A stretch of 64,000 bases of DNA from a virus (lineage: Duplodnaviria; Heunggongvirae; Uroviricota; Caudoviricetes), in IMG/VR virus record IMGVR_UViG_3300028833_000001, positions 297,446 to 361,445 of that record. One strand, 5' to 3'. Every line of letters begins with the position of its first letter. The first letter of the stretch is position 1. The translations under genes were made by a program, and so were the position numbers. Below are positions 12,901-22,305 of this stretch, one piece after another. Below the pieces are notes generated by a model. It did not search any database and was not told where the DNA came from. It was given only the letters and a program-made list of their open reading frames with translations.

Positions 12901-15124
12901 TATAACAACAATTTCCGAGGCTTGTTTTAGAGGTTGTTCAATGCTTAATGATTTAACTTTGGATAATGTTTTAACAATTGAAAATTTTGCATTTGGTAAT
13001 ACTGGATTTAAGGAAGTAAGATTTAGAAATGACCAAAGAGGCCAAAATATTTTAAGAGTATCAGATAACCTCGAAATGTTTAGGCAAAATGCTTTTGAAG
13101 CTGAACGTTGGTCGCAAAACACGACATCAAATAAAATTGAGGTTTTATCTGTACCAAAAGATGCTAGATTTGAAACAAATTATTTATTATATGGTAAAAA
13201 TTATGTCGAATTCATAACACATGATGAAAACATTCGTTATAAGGCGATAGACGGTGTTTTGTGGACGGCAGATGAAACAACATTATTAAGATTTCCTCCA
13301 AAAAAACAAACTAGTGGTGATTTGTATTATTCATATATACAAAACGTTGGTAATTATGCGTTTTTTGGAACTCAATATGTCAATGATATTACAATAGATT
13401 TCACATTAAGTTTAGGCGAAGGAACGTTTAGGGATTCTAAATTTAAAAATATTGACATTTCTAATTGTGATGCCGTGTCATTAATACCAATGCATTGTTT
13501 TTATGGGTGTACGTTGCTTGAGTCTATAGTGTTACCAGATACTGGGGCGCTTAAAGAAATTGGTGTTGGAGCATTCCAAAACTGTTCCACGCTAACTGAA
13601 ATTAATATACCATCTAGTGTTGAAAAATTCTTGTATGGAAATTCAGGCAGTTTGACATTTGCTGGATGTTCAAATATAACACACCTGGAATTGCCAGAAA
13701 ATGCTTCTGTGCTGGGTAGTAACGCGTTTGATTGGTGTACATCGCTAGAAACATTAGTTCTTCCAGGAATGGTACCGCAATTAACATCGCAAACTAATAT
13801 AGTGACTAATTGTCAATCATTAACTGCATTAACAATGCCAATATTCTCATACACGGCAAATTTGAAGTATTTGGTATATAATGAAAATAATGAATTGGTT
13901 GGAGAATTTGTTAATATAGAAGACGCAAATGCCGCTATGGCTGAAGGTTATTCAATGGTTGAGACTGGTGATAATATAATATTAAACACTGAAATTAAAT
14001 CAGAAACAGGAACTACTGGAGGCTATATGATGAATAACACTCCAGAAATTATAAATTTCTATTGTAACGAAAAAGACAATAATCAATTGGTTTATGAGTA
14101 TGATGGTAATCTTTATAAAAAATTGTTTGACGAAAACAATAACGAGATTCCGAACGAACATATGTTGTTAAAGGTTGCTTATGGAAAAACAGTGTTTAAT
14201 CAAAAGAATATTATGCGAGAAGTCGCTCCATATGCGTTTGACGGATGTAATAAATTAACTTCAATAACGTTGGACGATAATGTAACATATGTCGGCGATA
14301 GAGCGTTTGGCGGATGTACGCATATTCAAAATATCGTATTTGGAACGAAAATAACAAATATTCCTACTGAGTGTTTTTATGGCTGTACTGAATTGCGGTC
14401 AATTACTTTACTTGGTGACATTGTAAATATAGATTCAATGGCGTTTGCTGCGTGTCCAAATCTTGGTGCGATTTATTTGAATTCTGTTGTATCACCATCT
14501 ATTTTCACTTTCATTTATTCATCGTTTATCCAAACTATATTTGGCAGAACTGGAGTACTAGGACCAATTAACCCTAAAACAGGTAGCTATAATATTAATA
14601 ACTATGTTTATGTTCCATACAATGCCGAAGGCTATGATAGTGATAATTGGGAATTAGTTAAGGCTAACAATGAGTCTGGTTATAATTTTACTGTACAGAC
14701 AATGGAATTAAATGGTGATTATAATTTTAAGATATATATTGATAATCAAGAAATAGTTGACCCGTCTGCAATTTTTTATGTAAAAAGTGAAAGCGGCAAC
14801 TTGACATACGACAATGGAAACGCTACAGCAAATACTATTTTTAATAGTGACGTTAGTGCACATACGTTAGTTGTTAATAATAATGTTTATAATGGAGAAC
14901 AATTAACTTTTTATACTGATTACGAATGCACAAATAGCATAGGTTCTATTTCTGTTTGGAATGGTAAAAACAATTATGAGGTTGGTGAGCGTATATTATC
15001 TCGTTCAACATTTAAGTCTCCAAAAATTCTTGGTACAAGTGATGATACCATAGAAATAACAAAACAAGATTATTTGACAATGGTTTCAAAATTAAACTTC
15101 TTAATGGAAAAAATTAAAAAATAA
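6905..15124 (+). CDS. Giant virion-associated protein: Ig-like/LamG N-part, CotH-kinase-like middle, BspA-type LRRs at C-terminus
   Basis: 2739 aa. Kinase-like motifs KLQGTSSLGYPRKNFK, WTLKADFMESS and YDNDCLFG. Repeats of I..AF.GC..L.SI.LP (LRR_5). Confidence 0.7.
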   Translation: MAKTYNGNITKHTDWGGDASTSGLPVSGKIVQQFIKDELDSKIGAFYKPEGSTTIYSFPDDETKEAYILTGDESLIIDSFETVSKYNVVINQEGLDLSHSVLAGSTGNTVEFSFKIVDDNNMSSDASAKIEFSITGSGINNKFTTEVAVAAGEWTVVRENIDKYLRTGANSVSIKIVGLTTFTTTQFIMTYNLFDLTFIPNFEYQTVKTGNTISVPYIIACSDTKYLEFYIDGEQVHSSESETITDIRKDGTATLNISNLSIGQHSLQVRAYVRSGDGTVFYTPIHFYTFAKYGETSPSFLFYKELPNDNAIVLNNEVLTITGNQFEEISFDWSLYDYLERKTTVYFEFNGLVIGNTVVLSNGVLNSFSYRPMDFGTNLPLRVYAYNENDALLFDYLIHVNVIEAVGGIKETKDGLLLKLQAIGRRNTDLDKDVWSCVGSDGQTYKATFNGFAWNSQQGWNEEHEALVVSNGATVDFNIQPMISDWAINGGTFEIDLETFDIDDDNAVICECADEVNASMFRITATKAEISTNQGVSINTRYKDNEKLKISFICNRSGNFDDGNLLYIMVNGVLERAALYLDSDSVRSLGYLKIGDPTGNSKVRVKSIRVYNRAISIDEAFNNYVVDSPNVQEIYDKNDVLGAGTTEVGFDEVANKIPVMIFTGNMDDLRTNGQDKEWRYFDVEYVNRQTPELNFVSFNCRLKLQGTSSLGYPRKNFKLSTKESDFTQEMYEASNYELDPDSTIGNKMLRNKRTHELIDFDDFKNGGTLHNSYCFTLDSDGKALKKGKYKFKKGAHKANKWTLKADFMESSCSHNVGAGRSWNDIFENTELLANGDASYTNHTYRDEALVSNSPYLNYTRQDGVHCFIENNTQAIKDQKKYVCRTDAQKICIANLSNGVDDIRTAIDGFPMVCFYRTSHAANDLVFMGQYNFIDDKGSYEVFGFEDIEDPDDDSTMIYDADKVECWEGLKNTNPISLFKVSDTFYDTVDLGDGKTIYKWEETYESRYPDPDDYGKPGKKQYNPEALYELTKWLVSTRHESDNINSINSSNTITIDSSFAERINEYQYGYTPDTASNYIYDSGTMPDTPENRQKKFNTEKWEHFDVWKLAGYYIFLMRYGAVDQFVKNTMLFTDGNGKYDLRTDKKYRKWFFINYDNDCLFGLRNNGQLAFDWTLDRQTIDSASDIIVDDQADNDDSNNAYAMMGHDSTLWNNLERDDEFMRMVRDLDYSMSKYKLNYDNMVTEFDTNQTERWCERIYNANEKYKYINSAKGIGDMSGSPVNNLWMLQGTRRSHRHWWIANHFNLLDARWLSGDYKNTYVEIKTNCKAGTAIHAVASMKYYYAWGQQKKIYESNMVRNEGEPIDFIFDTDQSQGDPVYIYAFNKFSELDFSEIAPLAYEGCFKFVLGDTLVSNSLKKLVLGNPSVVNNAAQDTTTWINLPNLEYLDITNWAGITSVPLHAFNNLTVFKAGGSRIGSFEPSEGSNFSQVVLPTTIRHINLNNVKFGNNMNQNLEYTPNTTLDNLIISNNDGVGLNYYNKLILPWITSIENSVQSDLLYANKTLSINNVDWVFNNMNSVRIFKNFKTKGMSFNITGRIDLTRCGNLSMENIDELKEIFGENCFNPVTAKLYVLTPESIFIQSDSDHMVAGQTAIFRREIYPDETSVDGKLQSLRFLLVKETDQDKSDNPEVIEDNVTQKRYLELTPDEIEAKRHGLTLVNNALLADYATLYVPEEVTGVDTECLVMVYMDLTGGGEKIAVMNFTIKDPTYATTATINGQTSQYHNTEYVYSIDLRTPSNNVPIGSYTVEWSLSGNGVQYVESSGIIDGNQLRYSIVIGNDQPEVSEEMVLLAKVYNHNGTQVTRTVEILVLNEEVIMTSQSNQFVLSRLNAAGWTSDPYATAMKKQEAEAVTVEMFANDMPFYQQTPENGFSFTELQYFTGLTKLPDNAFAGSNIKHISLPLTMTGLGISCFESCSMLTGITENGVAEYTENDIPFNVIHSGITTISEACFRGCSMLNDLTLDNVLTIENFAFGNTGFKEVRFRNDQRGQNILRVSDNLEMFRQNAFEAERWSQNTTSNKIEVLSVPKDARFETNYLLYGKNYVEFITHDENIRYKAIDGVLWTADETTLLRFPPKKQTSGDLYYSYIQNVGNYAFFGTQYVNDITIDFTLSLGEGTFRDSKFKNIDISNCDAVSLIPMHCFYGCTLLESIVLPDTGALKEIGVGAFQNCSTLTEINIPSSVEKFLYGNSGSLTFAGCSNITHLELPENASVLGSNAFDWCTSLETLVLPGMVPQLTSQTNIVTNCQSLTALTMPIFSYTANLKYLVYNENNELVGEFVNIEDANAAMAEGYSMVETGDNIILNTEIKSETGTTGGYMMNNTPEIINFYCNEKDNNQLVYEYDGNLYKKLFDENNNEIPNEHMLLKVAYGKTVFNQKNIMREVAPYAFDGCNKLTSITLDDNVTYVGDRAFGGCTHIQNIVFGTKITNIPTECFYGCTELRSITLLGDIVNIDSMAFAACPNLGAIYLNSVVSPSIFTFIYSSFIQTIFGRTGVLGPINPKTGSYNINNYVYVPYNAEGYDSDNWELVKANNESGYNFTVQTMELNGDYNFKIYIDNQEIVDPSAIFYVKSESGNLTYDNGNATANTIFNSDVSAHTLVVNNNVYNGEQLTFYTDYECTNSIGSISVWNGKNNYEVGERILSRSTFKSPKILGTSDDTIEITKQDYLTMVSKLNFLMEKIKK

Positions 15125-15147
15125 ATGTTTTTTTTCAATACTATACA

Positions 15148-15156
15148 GCTATTTAT
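15148..15156 (+). promoter_or_regulatory. CTATTTAT motif
   Basis: GCTATTTAT ~35 nt upstream of ATG 15192. Confidence 0.55.
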
Positions 15157-15191
15157 TGTGTAGAAAATAATAATATAATATATAATTAATA

Positions 15192-16763
15192 ATGGCAAAT
15201 AGAAAATCTCAACAATTAATCAATTATCATAGTCCTGGCCCACTGTCATCACATCAGCCATCGTCAAGTGATGTCCAATATGGCGAAATACTTGTTATAC
15301 ACAACCAAACAGAGCCATTACTAGGAATAAAAGTAAATTCAGCTGGAACAAATAGCGATTTTGCATGGTTTATTAGTTCAGCAGCAGTTGCGTCTGCTAT
15401 TGCAACGGTTGATGGTGGCGCTACTGATGCGTTAAATAAAGTATTAGCATTGTCTGGTTCTGTAACTGGATTTAGCGCTTCAGTTATAAGTACTTACGCT
15501 ACTAGTTCTAATACTGTTGCAGCTATTAACTCTGCAATAGAAGGCTTGGATTCTGGTCCGTTTAATGGCACATCAGCAAAGACAATTACAAAGGTACAGG
15601 AAGTTAATGGTAAACTTACAACCGTAGAATTTAGCCCAATTTTTATTGAACAAAGCCAAGTTAATGGTTTACCAACAATAGCTAGTGATGTAGCGACCAA
15701 CACTAGCAATATAACTAAACTAACTACTGGGCTTAGCGCAACAGTTGTTTCTAGTTATGCCACAAAAAGCCAAGTAAGTGCTCATGTAAATACTGAAATT
15801 CAAAAATTAGACGTAAGTAATATTAGTGGTTTTGGTGCTGGTAAAACATTAAAAACGTTAACAGAAACTGACGGTAAAATTGCGGCAACATTCCAAGATA
15901 TCGAAATAGCTCAATCTAAAGTAACAGGTTTGGAATCTAGATTAAGTGATATTGACGAGACATTGGTGACGCATACAACAAACATCGGAGCAGTTAGCGG
16001 GTCGTTAGTTGCATTGTCTTCAAGTGTTATTACAACATTAAGCACTGTGTACCATGTTATGGGCACAAAGGGAAGTAAATCAGATTTACCAACAACTGGA
16101 CAGAAAACTGGTGACGTTTGGAACGTTACAAATGCCGAAGGTACTCCTGGAACTACTGGATATACGCCAGCAGGTACGAACTATGTGTGGGATGGAACTA
16201 AATGGGATGCACTTGGAGGTACGGTTGATTTAACTAATTATGCTACAAGCGCTAATACATATAACGCCATAAAAGCAGTTGCTGATGACTTAAGTGGCCA
16301 CATTACTGGTAATTTTAAAACTCTTTCTGGTAATGTATTTACGTTAAGCGGACAAGTTGTGACTAAATATGCTACTAGTGCAAATACTGTCAATGCTATA
16401 AACGCAAAAGTTAACGCCTTAGATTTTGGCCCGTTAAGTGCAGAAACTGTTAGCGGTTTTGTGATTTCAGCAATTAAGCAAGTTGATGGTAAGATAGACG
16501 CCGTAAAATCAAAATTAAGAATTGATACAAGTCAAATTGATGGCTATAGTGCAGTAACAAGCGATATTGCTAAACTAAGAAGTGATTTGAATGCGGTTTC
16601 TGCTGTAACAAAAACAGCTTTACAACAATACAAGCTTAATACTATTAGTGGCACTGGTGGAAATATAACTCAACAAAGTGGTGCTAAGGCTACATATGAT
16701 AATTCAACAAATATAGCTACTTTAGATTTAAGTGGTTTGATTATTGATTGTGGTGACTTCTAA
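15192..16763 (+). CDS. Fiber-like structural protein
   Basis: S/T/A-rich with repeated ExDGKI motifs, a GDVWNV..YVWDGTKWDALGG module and a C-terminal IDCGDF. Confidence 0.65.
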   Translation: MANRKSQQLINYHSPGPLSSHQPSSSDVQYGEILVIHNQTEPLLGIKVNSAGTNSDFAWFISSAAVASAIATVDGGATDALNKVLALSGSVTGFSASVISTYATSSNTVAAINSAIEGLDSGPFNGTSAKTITKVQEVNGKLTTVEFSPIFIEQSQVNGLPTIASDVATNTSNITKLTTGLSATVVSSYATKSQVSAHVNTEIQKLDVSNISGFGAGKTLKTLTETDGKIAATFQDIEIAQSKVTGLESRLSDIDETLVTHTTNIGAVSGSLVALSSSVITTLSTVYHVMGTKGSKSDLPTTGQKTGDVWNVTNAEGTPGTTGYTPAGTNYVWDGTKWDALGGTVDLTNYATSANTYNAIKAVADDLSGHITGNFKTLSGNVFTLSGQVVTKYATSANTVNAINAKVNALDFGPLSAETVSGFVISAIKQVDGKIDAVKSKLRIDTSQIDGYSAVTSDIAKLRSDLNAVSAVTKTALQQYKLNTISGTGGNITQQSGAKATYDNSTNIATLDLSGLIIDCGDF

Positions 16764-16805
16764 CAAGAATAATGTATAATCAACCAAAAGTTGAATAAAA
16801 AAATT

Positions 16806-16835
16806 AACGCAGTCTAAACGGCTGCGTTTTTTTTT
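16806..16835. terminator. Bidirectional terminator
   Basis: AACGCAGTC/GGCTGCGTT stem with A and T tracts between convergent genes. Confidence 0.75.
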
Positions 16836-16853
16836 ATTGAAATTAATAATGTT

Positions 16854-17354
16854 TTATTTTGTTTTGTTCTTTTTTTTGTCTTTTTTTTCAGCTTTTTTTC
16901 GCTCGGCTTCTTTTTTTTTCATTTTTGTAATTTGTGCCATAGTGTATAGTCCCAATCTTGCAGCGTCAATTGTTGGTTCTTTGAATTTTTCATAAAAACC
17001 AAGTGGTACTGAAATCATTGGGCAGCTAAGAATAACTTTATCTTTTTCTGAGTCATAAGAAATAACTTCCATAGCATTTCTAATCCACATATATTTTGTT
17101 TTTTCATCCGCCAATGGATGGCCCATAGGGTCAGTACCATTAAAAACTTCTTCATTGCACATAACAAAAATAAGGTTGTCGCGAGCTGATACATATTCAG
17201 CAAGTTGGTTTGCCCTAACTACTTTACATACTTCTGATAGTTTTTCGGCGCATATTGGTTGTACATCTATGTTATAAGCACTTAAACCTAGCTCATTTGA
17301 AATTTCTTTAACAATTTTAACGATATCTTCCGTTGCTTCAATAAGTTTACCCAT
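16854..17354 (-). CDS. Hypothetical protein with basic tail
   Basis: 166-aa ORF with ATG start. Confidence 0.65.
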   Translation of the reverse strand: MGKLIEATEDIVKIVKEISNELGLSAYNIDVQPICAEKLSEVCKVVRANQLAEYVSARDNLIFVMCNEEVFNGTDPMGHPLADEKTKYMWIRNAMEVISYDSEKDKVILSCPMISVPLGFYEKFKEPTIDAARLGLYTMAQITKMKKKEAERKKAEKKDKKKNKTK

Positions 17355-17442
17355 AATTAATAAAGTAATTGAAAATTATTTATATATTTATTATAATATT
17401 ATGTATTAATAATACATTTTTTTCAATCAAAAAACAAGGCCG

Positions 17443-18486
17443 ATGGAAAATAGCGAACACATATCAAAGAAAGAATTAGCTAGGCGAAAAAAAATTTCTA
17501 GGTACAGAAAACGTGTAATCAAAGAACGCCAAAAACGCGGATACAGAGAATGGTTAAAATTAAAAAGGCGAGAAATTAGAAAACGAGAAACTAAAAAACG
17601 TCATGAAAAGGAAAAAGAAAAATTAAGAAAAGAACGTGAACGTTTAAAAAAATTAAAATTAAAAAAGAAAAAGTCTGTTGGCAGACCCAAAAAACGTGGA
17701 CCAAAGAAAAAACGAAATTACAAAAAGAAAGAATCAGAAAAAAAGAAATGCAATAGGGTCTTGCAGAAATTGCCAAAAATAGAATACAGAATAGTACAAT
17801 TCAGAAACGGTAAACACAACACAACAGTTGGAACATATGATAGTATTGTTACGGCATATGAAACGTTTCATCGCATTTTAGAAGAAAGTAAAAACGTCAT
17901 ATTTCAGGCTACTATAGATGCAAGAGAATGGAATATGCCAGAAGCTATTGACGAATATGTTATAATAACAAATGTTCCGCCAGAAAATCAAAAAGGAAGC
18001 TATTTTAGAAATGAATTCGGAAAATTATGCAAGGCTGAATTAACGAATGACAGATGGTTTATTGTTGACAAGGCAAGATTTTATAAAGAGGAAACGTTTT
18101 GGGTTTGGGGGTATAATAAAGTATCAGACAGAAAAACGTTTTTATGGATTTATGAGAATTTGTTACCTTCTGGCATAAACACGATATATGACCATAAAAG
18201 AATATTAACATTTAGAAATAAAGTTATATTTAAATCAGATAATGGTGAAATTGATTTAATATTGTGTAAGCACACAAGCGATGCTGTTAAATTTTACAAT
18301 AAGTTGTATGAGTTTGTAAAAAGAGATAAGTTAAAGCAATTTTTGTTTGTTGGTGATTTTAGTAAATTAACCCCAGCAAGAAAAAAATTGGAGGAAGATA
18401 TTTTTAAACTTACTGGATGGCCATTAAAAAAAATAAGAATGTCTTCAACAACTTTTTATACAAAAGAAAAAACAAAAACCAAATGA
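17443..18486 (+). CDS. Hypothetical protein with extremely K/R-rich N-terminus (possible nucleic-acid binding)
   Basis: First ~105 aa are dominated by K/R and include a GRPKK AT-hook-like motif. Confidence 0.65.
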   Translation: MENSEHISKKELARRKKISRYRKRVIKERQKRGYREWLKLKRREIRKRETKKRHEKEKEKLRKERERLKKLKLKKKKSVGRPKKRGPKKKRNYKKKESEKKKCNRVLQKLPKIEYRIVQFRNGKHNTTVGTYDSIVTAYETFHRILEESKNVIFQATIDAREWNMPEAIDEYVIITNVPPENQKGSYFRNEFGKLCKAELTNDRWFIVDKARFYKEETFWVWGYNKVSDRKTFLWIYENLLPSGINTIYDHKRILTFRNKVIFKSDNGEIDLILCKHTSDAVKFYNKLYEFVKRDKLKQFLFVGDFSKLTPARKKLEEDIFKLTGWPLKKIRMSSTTFYTKEKTKTK

Positions 18487-18502
18487 GGTTTCGTTTGTAA
18501 AG

Positions 18503-18511
18503 ACTATTTAT
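18503..18511 (+). promoter_or_regulatory. CTATTTAT motif
   Basis: ACTATTTAT ~35 nt upstream of ATG 18547. Confidence 0.55.
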
Positions 18512-18546
18512 TATTGGAAAATAATAAACATAATATATAACATATA

Positions 18547-20613
18547 ATGGCAGCAAACGAAAATAGGCAAAAATTAATTCATTTACACAAATCTACTAGC
18601 GGGTCGCCAGCGACAAGTGATTTAAACTTTGGCGAAATAGCGGTCAATCATTCGATAGACAAGCCTGCTTTGTATATTAAAAATAATGATGGTATTATTG
18701 AATTTTTACCAGCGACAGCTATAACCCAAATATCAAAAATTTATGCCGATGGGTTGATTGATGCTTTGGATGTATCAGCTCAAACTATAGCGTATGTAAC
18801 ATCTGGCGATAACGTTATAATTTACCCAACAATCACAGAAGATGACGGAAAAATATTAATTTCTGGGGACCCAATAACATTGGCAAAGGTGGCTAAAACT
18901 GGAAATGCGGCTGACATCTCTATAGATGATACAAACGATAATTTTAGTGCTACAACAGTAGAGGGCGCATTAGCTGAATTGGTTGCAAAAGTAAGTTTTG
19001 GTACAACTATCGATGGAGAAGGTGGAGTTTTTACTACTGGTAATGGTATTGACGATGTAACATCTGAAAACAAAGTATTATCTGTTAAAGTAAAAGATAA
19101 TGATTACATATCAGTTGACAGTACTGGCGTTCAGTTAGACTCATCAAAAATCGATTCTTCTTATGAGACAGGAACAACTGGAAATCTAGCGACAGTTGGA
19201 ACTGTTAAAAGCGCTATTGAAGATTTAGACACTGATGGTTTTAGAATGCTTGACGTGGTTGCTAGTGCTCAAAACGAAACAACTTTAATTGTTAGAGGAA
19301 TAAAAGAAGTTGACGGAAAAATTGAACTTGATTCACCGACTAACGATTTTGCTATATTGGTTGACGGTCAATATAACAATACAACAAATAAACTTGCAAC
19401 AGAGCATACAGTTTTTGAAGCTATTTCTGGTTTGGATGTTACTGCTATTACTGGCTCGGCTAATCAAACTATTACTTCAGTAAGTGAAGAAGACGGTAAG
19501 ATTTCAGCAACTTATAGCGATATTTCAATAACAAAGAGCCAAATTTCTGACTTGGGAGATTTAGACAGTCTTTATGCGCCGAAATCATTAAGTGGTACTG
19601 TTGAAACGCTTAACGGAAAAATTGATACTTTAATAGGAAGCGATTCTGGAAAATCTGTTAGAACAATAGCAAATGAAGAACTTGTTGCGCAATTAATTCC
19701 AGCAACAGCACAAGAGTCATTAGATACGTTACAAGAAATTGCGGATTGGATTCAGCAACATCCAGACGATGCTTCTGCAATGAATACTGCGATAACATCA
19801 CTAAGTGCTGTATCAGCAAGCACAAGATTATCGGCCCTTGAAACTTCTACTCACACACACGAAAACAAGTCAACACTTGACACTATTAGTGCGGAAAAAG
19901 TAACAGCTTGGGATGGTGCCGTAACAAACTCACATACTCACAGCAATCAATCTTTATTAGATACCTATACTCAAACTGAAGCTAATTTGGCTGACGCAGT
20001 TGATAAAAAACACGAACATTCTAACAAATCCGTTCTTGATGGTATTACAGCAGAAAAAGTTGCTGGATGGGATGCAGCTTCAGCAGATACTCACACACAT
20101 GAAAATAAAGAGGTTATTGATGCTATTACAGCAGAAAAGGTTGCTGGTTGGGATGCCGCTTCGGCAGATTCTCATACTCATAGCAATAAAGCTCTGTTAG
20201 ACACATATACACAAACAGAGGCTAATTTGGCAGCAGCTGTAGCAAGCGCTCATAATCATACAAATGCAACCGTTCTTGATGGTATTACGGCAGAAAAGGT
20301 TGCTGGTTGGGATGCCGCTTCGGCAGATTCTCATACACACACAAACAAATCCATTATTGATGATATTGACCAAACAGACATTGATAAGTGGAATGCTTCT
20401 GTTACTGGCGCAACTGGAGACACTTATGTTGCCGCATCGGTAGCTGATAATGTTGTTACCGTTTCATCAACAACAGCAGCCACAAATGTGTTTACAAATG
20501 CAGTTTTAGGCGTTAATAACACGTCATCAGCAACATCAGCTAATGTTACAGTTGATAGCACATCAAAATTGTTAGATTTTTCAAATCTGTCAATTGATTG
20601 TGGAGAATATTAA
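18547..20613 (+). CDS. Tail-fiber-like protein with HxHxNK repeats
   Basis: FGEIAVNH N-module, EEDGKI motifs, SLDTLQEIADWI, 7 HxHxN repeats, C-terminal IDCGEY. Confidence 0.7.
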   Translation: MAANENRQKLIHLHKSTSGSPATSDLNFGEIAVNHSIDKPALYIKNNDGIIEFLPATAITQISKIYADGLIDALDVSAQTIAYVTSGDNVIIYPTITEDDGKILISGDPITLAKVAKTGNAADISIDDTNDNFSATTVEGALAELVAKVSFGTTIDGEGGVFTTGNGIDDVTSENKVLSVKVKDNDYISVDSTGVQLDSSKIDSSYETGTTGNLATVGTVKSAIEDLDTDGFRMLDVVASAQNETTLIVRGIKEVDGKIELDSPTNDFAILVDGQYNNTTNKLATEHTVFEAISGLDVTAITGSANQTITSVSEEDGKISATYSDISITKSQISDLGDLDSLYAPKSLSGTVETLNGKIDTLIGSDSGKSVRTIANEELVAQLIPATAQESLDTLQEIADWIQQHPDDASAMNTAITSLSAVSASTRLSALETSTHTHENKSTLDTISAEKVTAWDGAVTNSHTHSNQSLLDTYTQTEANLADAVDKKHEHSNKSVLDGITAEKVAGWDAASADTHTHENKEVIDAITAEKVAGWDAASADSHTHSNKALLDTYTQTEANLAAAVASAHNHTNATVLDGITAEKVAGWDAASADSHTHTNKSIIDDIDQTDIDKWNASVTGATGDTYVAASVADNVVTVSSTTAATNVFTNAVLGVNNTSSATSANVTVDSTSKLLDFSNLSIDCGEY
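19852..20394 (+). repeat. Intragenic ~26-28 aa repeats (HxHxNK..LD.ITAEKVAGWD)
   Basis: Seven HxHxN units. Near-identical DNA 'gcagaaaaggttgctggttgggatgccgcttcggcagattctcatac' occurs twice. Confidence 0.85.
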
Positions 20614-20635
20614 AAATTGGAATTTTATTAAAATA

Positions 20636-20666
20636 AAAAAGGAAACCTGATGGTTTCCTTTTTTTT
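20636..20666. terminator. Bidirectional terminator
   Basis: AAAAAGGAAACC-TGAT-GGTTTCCTTTTT between convergent genes. Confidence 0.8.
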
Positions 20667-21021
20667 ATTTTTCATATCTTTTGCGCTTTCTACGCATTGG
20701 CCTTCCAGCGATTACATCACCGTTTGATTCTTCATCAATAGGTTCGTCTTGGTATTCAAATTTTTCAGACCAAGCTTTTGTTATACCAGCGCTTAAAAAT
20801 AGCGAAGCAACTGCGGTGATATATGCCGCCATTCCAGTTAAATCGGTTGCTATTGTATGAGTAAATATAACTTCGACAATAAGTGTTATTGCTGGAACTA
20901 AAAGCAATAGGAAGCCTATAAGAGTTACAACAACTAGAAAAAAACTCTTAGAACTTACTCCACTATTATTAGATACTAATTTTTTAAAAAAACTTTCTTC
21001 TTTATTAACGTTCTTACTCAT
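20665..21021 (-). CDS. Small 2-TM membrane protein (holin-like candidate)
   Basis: Two hydrophobic helices and a basic C-tail. Start placed at MSKNV (the track gives 21063). Confidence 0.5.
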   Translation of the reverse strand: MSKNVNKEESFFKKLVSNNSGVSSKSFFLVVVTLIGFLLLLVPAITLIVEVIFTHTIATDLTGMAAYITAVASLFLSAGITKAWSEKFEYQDEPIDEESNGDVIAGRPMRRKRKRYEK

Positions 21022-21307
21022 AAAAATCGTCCTTAAAATTCTCATTAAATTGCCCTTGTTCATGTTGTTTGTGATATTTTTTAGCCTTAGATTTACATTT
21101 TTGTATTGTTATCCATCTTTGTATTCTTAACAATAAACCATGAAATCTATTTTTTTTAGGCGGATTATTTAGTGTTTCAATCATATCGTCTCCGAATGAA
21201 GTTTTAAGTAACTTTGCGAACTCAGTCTTTTCAGCTTCAAGTTCTCTGTCTTTACTTAAAATTTCGCCCTTTAATGCGTTCAACTCAGTCCTGATTCTAA
21301 AGTCCAT
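21014..21307 (-). CDS. Hypothetical protein
   Basis: 97 aa, translationally coupled to its neighbours. Confidence 0.6.
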   Translation of the reverse strand: MDFRIRTELNALKGEILSKDRELEAEKTEFAKLLKTSFGDDMIETLNNPPKKNRFHGLLLRIQRWITIQKCKSKAKKYHKQHEQGQFNENFKDDFYE

Positions 21308-21732
21308 TATTTATGTATTTCAATTGAATCGTTATTATTATCAATGTATTCTACATTTTGTTGCTGTGAATTTCCGTCGGCAATACTTTCAAAAAAACTT
21401 TCAAAGTTATGGATTAACCACACAATACCAGATGTAAATATACAGTCCCCAATAATCGCAACCCACCATAAATTAGTTCCTATTAGTAAAATGTTAAATG
21501 GTGTTATTGCTATTTGTTTAATAAAGAACCAATCAATTAAACTTGCGACCCATCCTATATTGGCTGGAAAACACATCATGCACTGAAACATTGAGCCAAA
21601 ATGTTCTGATATGTTTGTTGTTATGCTTCTTAGGTGTTCAAAAACACGAAACGGGCCGCTGCCAAACACTGTCATATTTGAGAGTCCGTATGCGGCTATT
21701 GAATATATTAAAATAATTAACCAACTATTCAT
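21307..21732 (-). CDS. Membrane protein with CxxC (DUF1360-like)
   Basis: Three hydrophobic segments, FQCMMCF. Confidence 0.55.
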   Translation of the reverse strand: MNSWLIILIYSIAAYGLSNMTVFGSGPFRVFEHLRSITTNISEHFGSMFQCMMCFPANIGWVASLIDWFFIKQIAITPFNILLIGTNLWWVAIIGDCIFTSGIVWLIHNFESFFESIADGNSQQQNVEYIDNNNDSIEIHK

Positions 21733-22213
21733 TATTTTTTATTTCGTTTTCTTCTTTTTTTTTATTTTCGCTGTTTTTTTCATCAATAACATTGGATTTT
21801 GTTATTTCATTTAATAAATTTACTTGGTTTTCGTCTGTACACGAAAAAGTAAATGACAATTGTCTTAGTGTGTCAATAGATATATTATCGTCGCTAAACA
21901 TTTCTTTTAGCTCTTTTGTTTTTTCGGCCAACAATTTTGCCCTTTCTATCGCGTTTTTCATTTTACTTATGCAGAACGATATGGCGTCAAAAACAATGTT
22001 TTCTCCGTCATCAATATCACAACAAAATGCGTATTCGTTTGAATTTTTTAACGGTAAAACAGTGACGTTAAATTTTTCTTCTACACTTGAATCGATAACC
22101 CATCCATTTGGAAAATTTACAATTACGTATATGATTTGTTTGTCAGCGACAGTTCGTACTTGCATTTCCTTGAAATATTCTTTAATTTCAGATATCCTTT
22201 CGTTTATGCTCAT
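21725..22213 (-). CDS. Hypothetical protein
   Basis: 162-aa ORF in the operon. Confidence 0.65.
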   Translation of the reverse strand: MSINERISEIKEYFKEMQVRTVADKQIIYVIVNFPNGWVIDSSVEEKFNVTVLPLKNSNEYAFCCDIDDGENIVFDAISFCISKMKNAIERAKLLAEKTKELKEMFSDDNISIDTLRQLSFTFSCTDENQVNLLNEITKSNVIDEKNSENKKKEENEIKNNE

Positions 22214-22305
22214 AGATATAATTTTAAATCACTAAAATATAAGTATTTTAAACAATAAAAACAAGAATTTACTTATTAAAAAAAAAACCCGATTAAATCG
22301 GGCTT

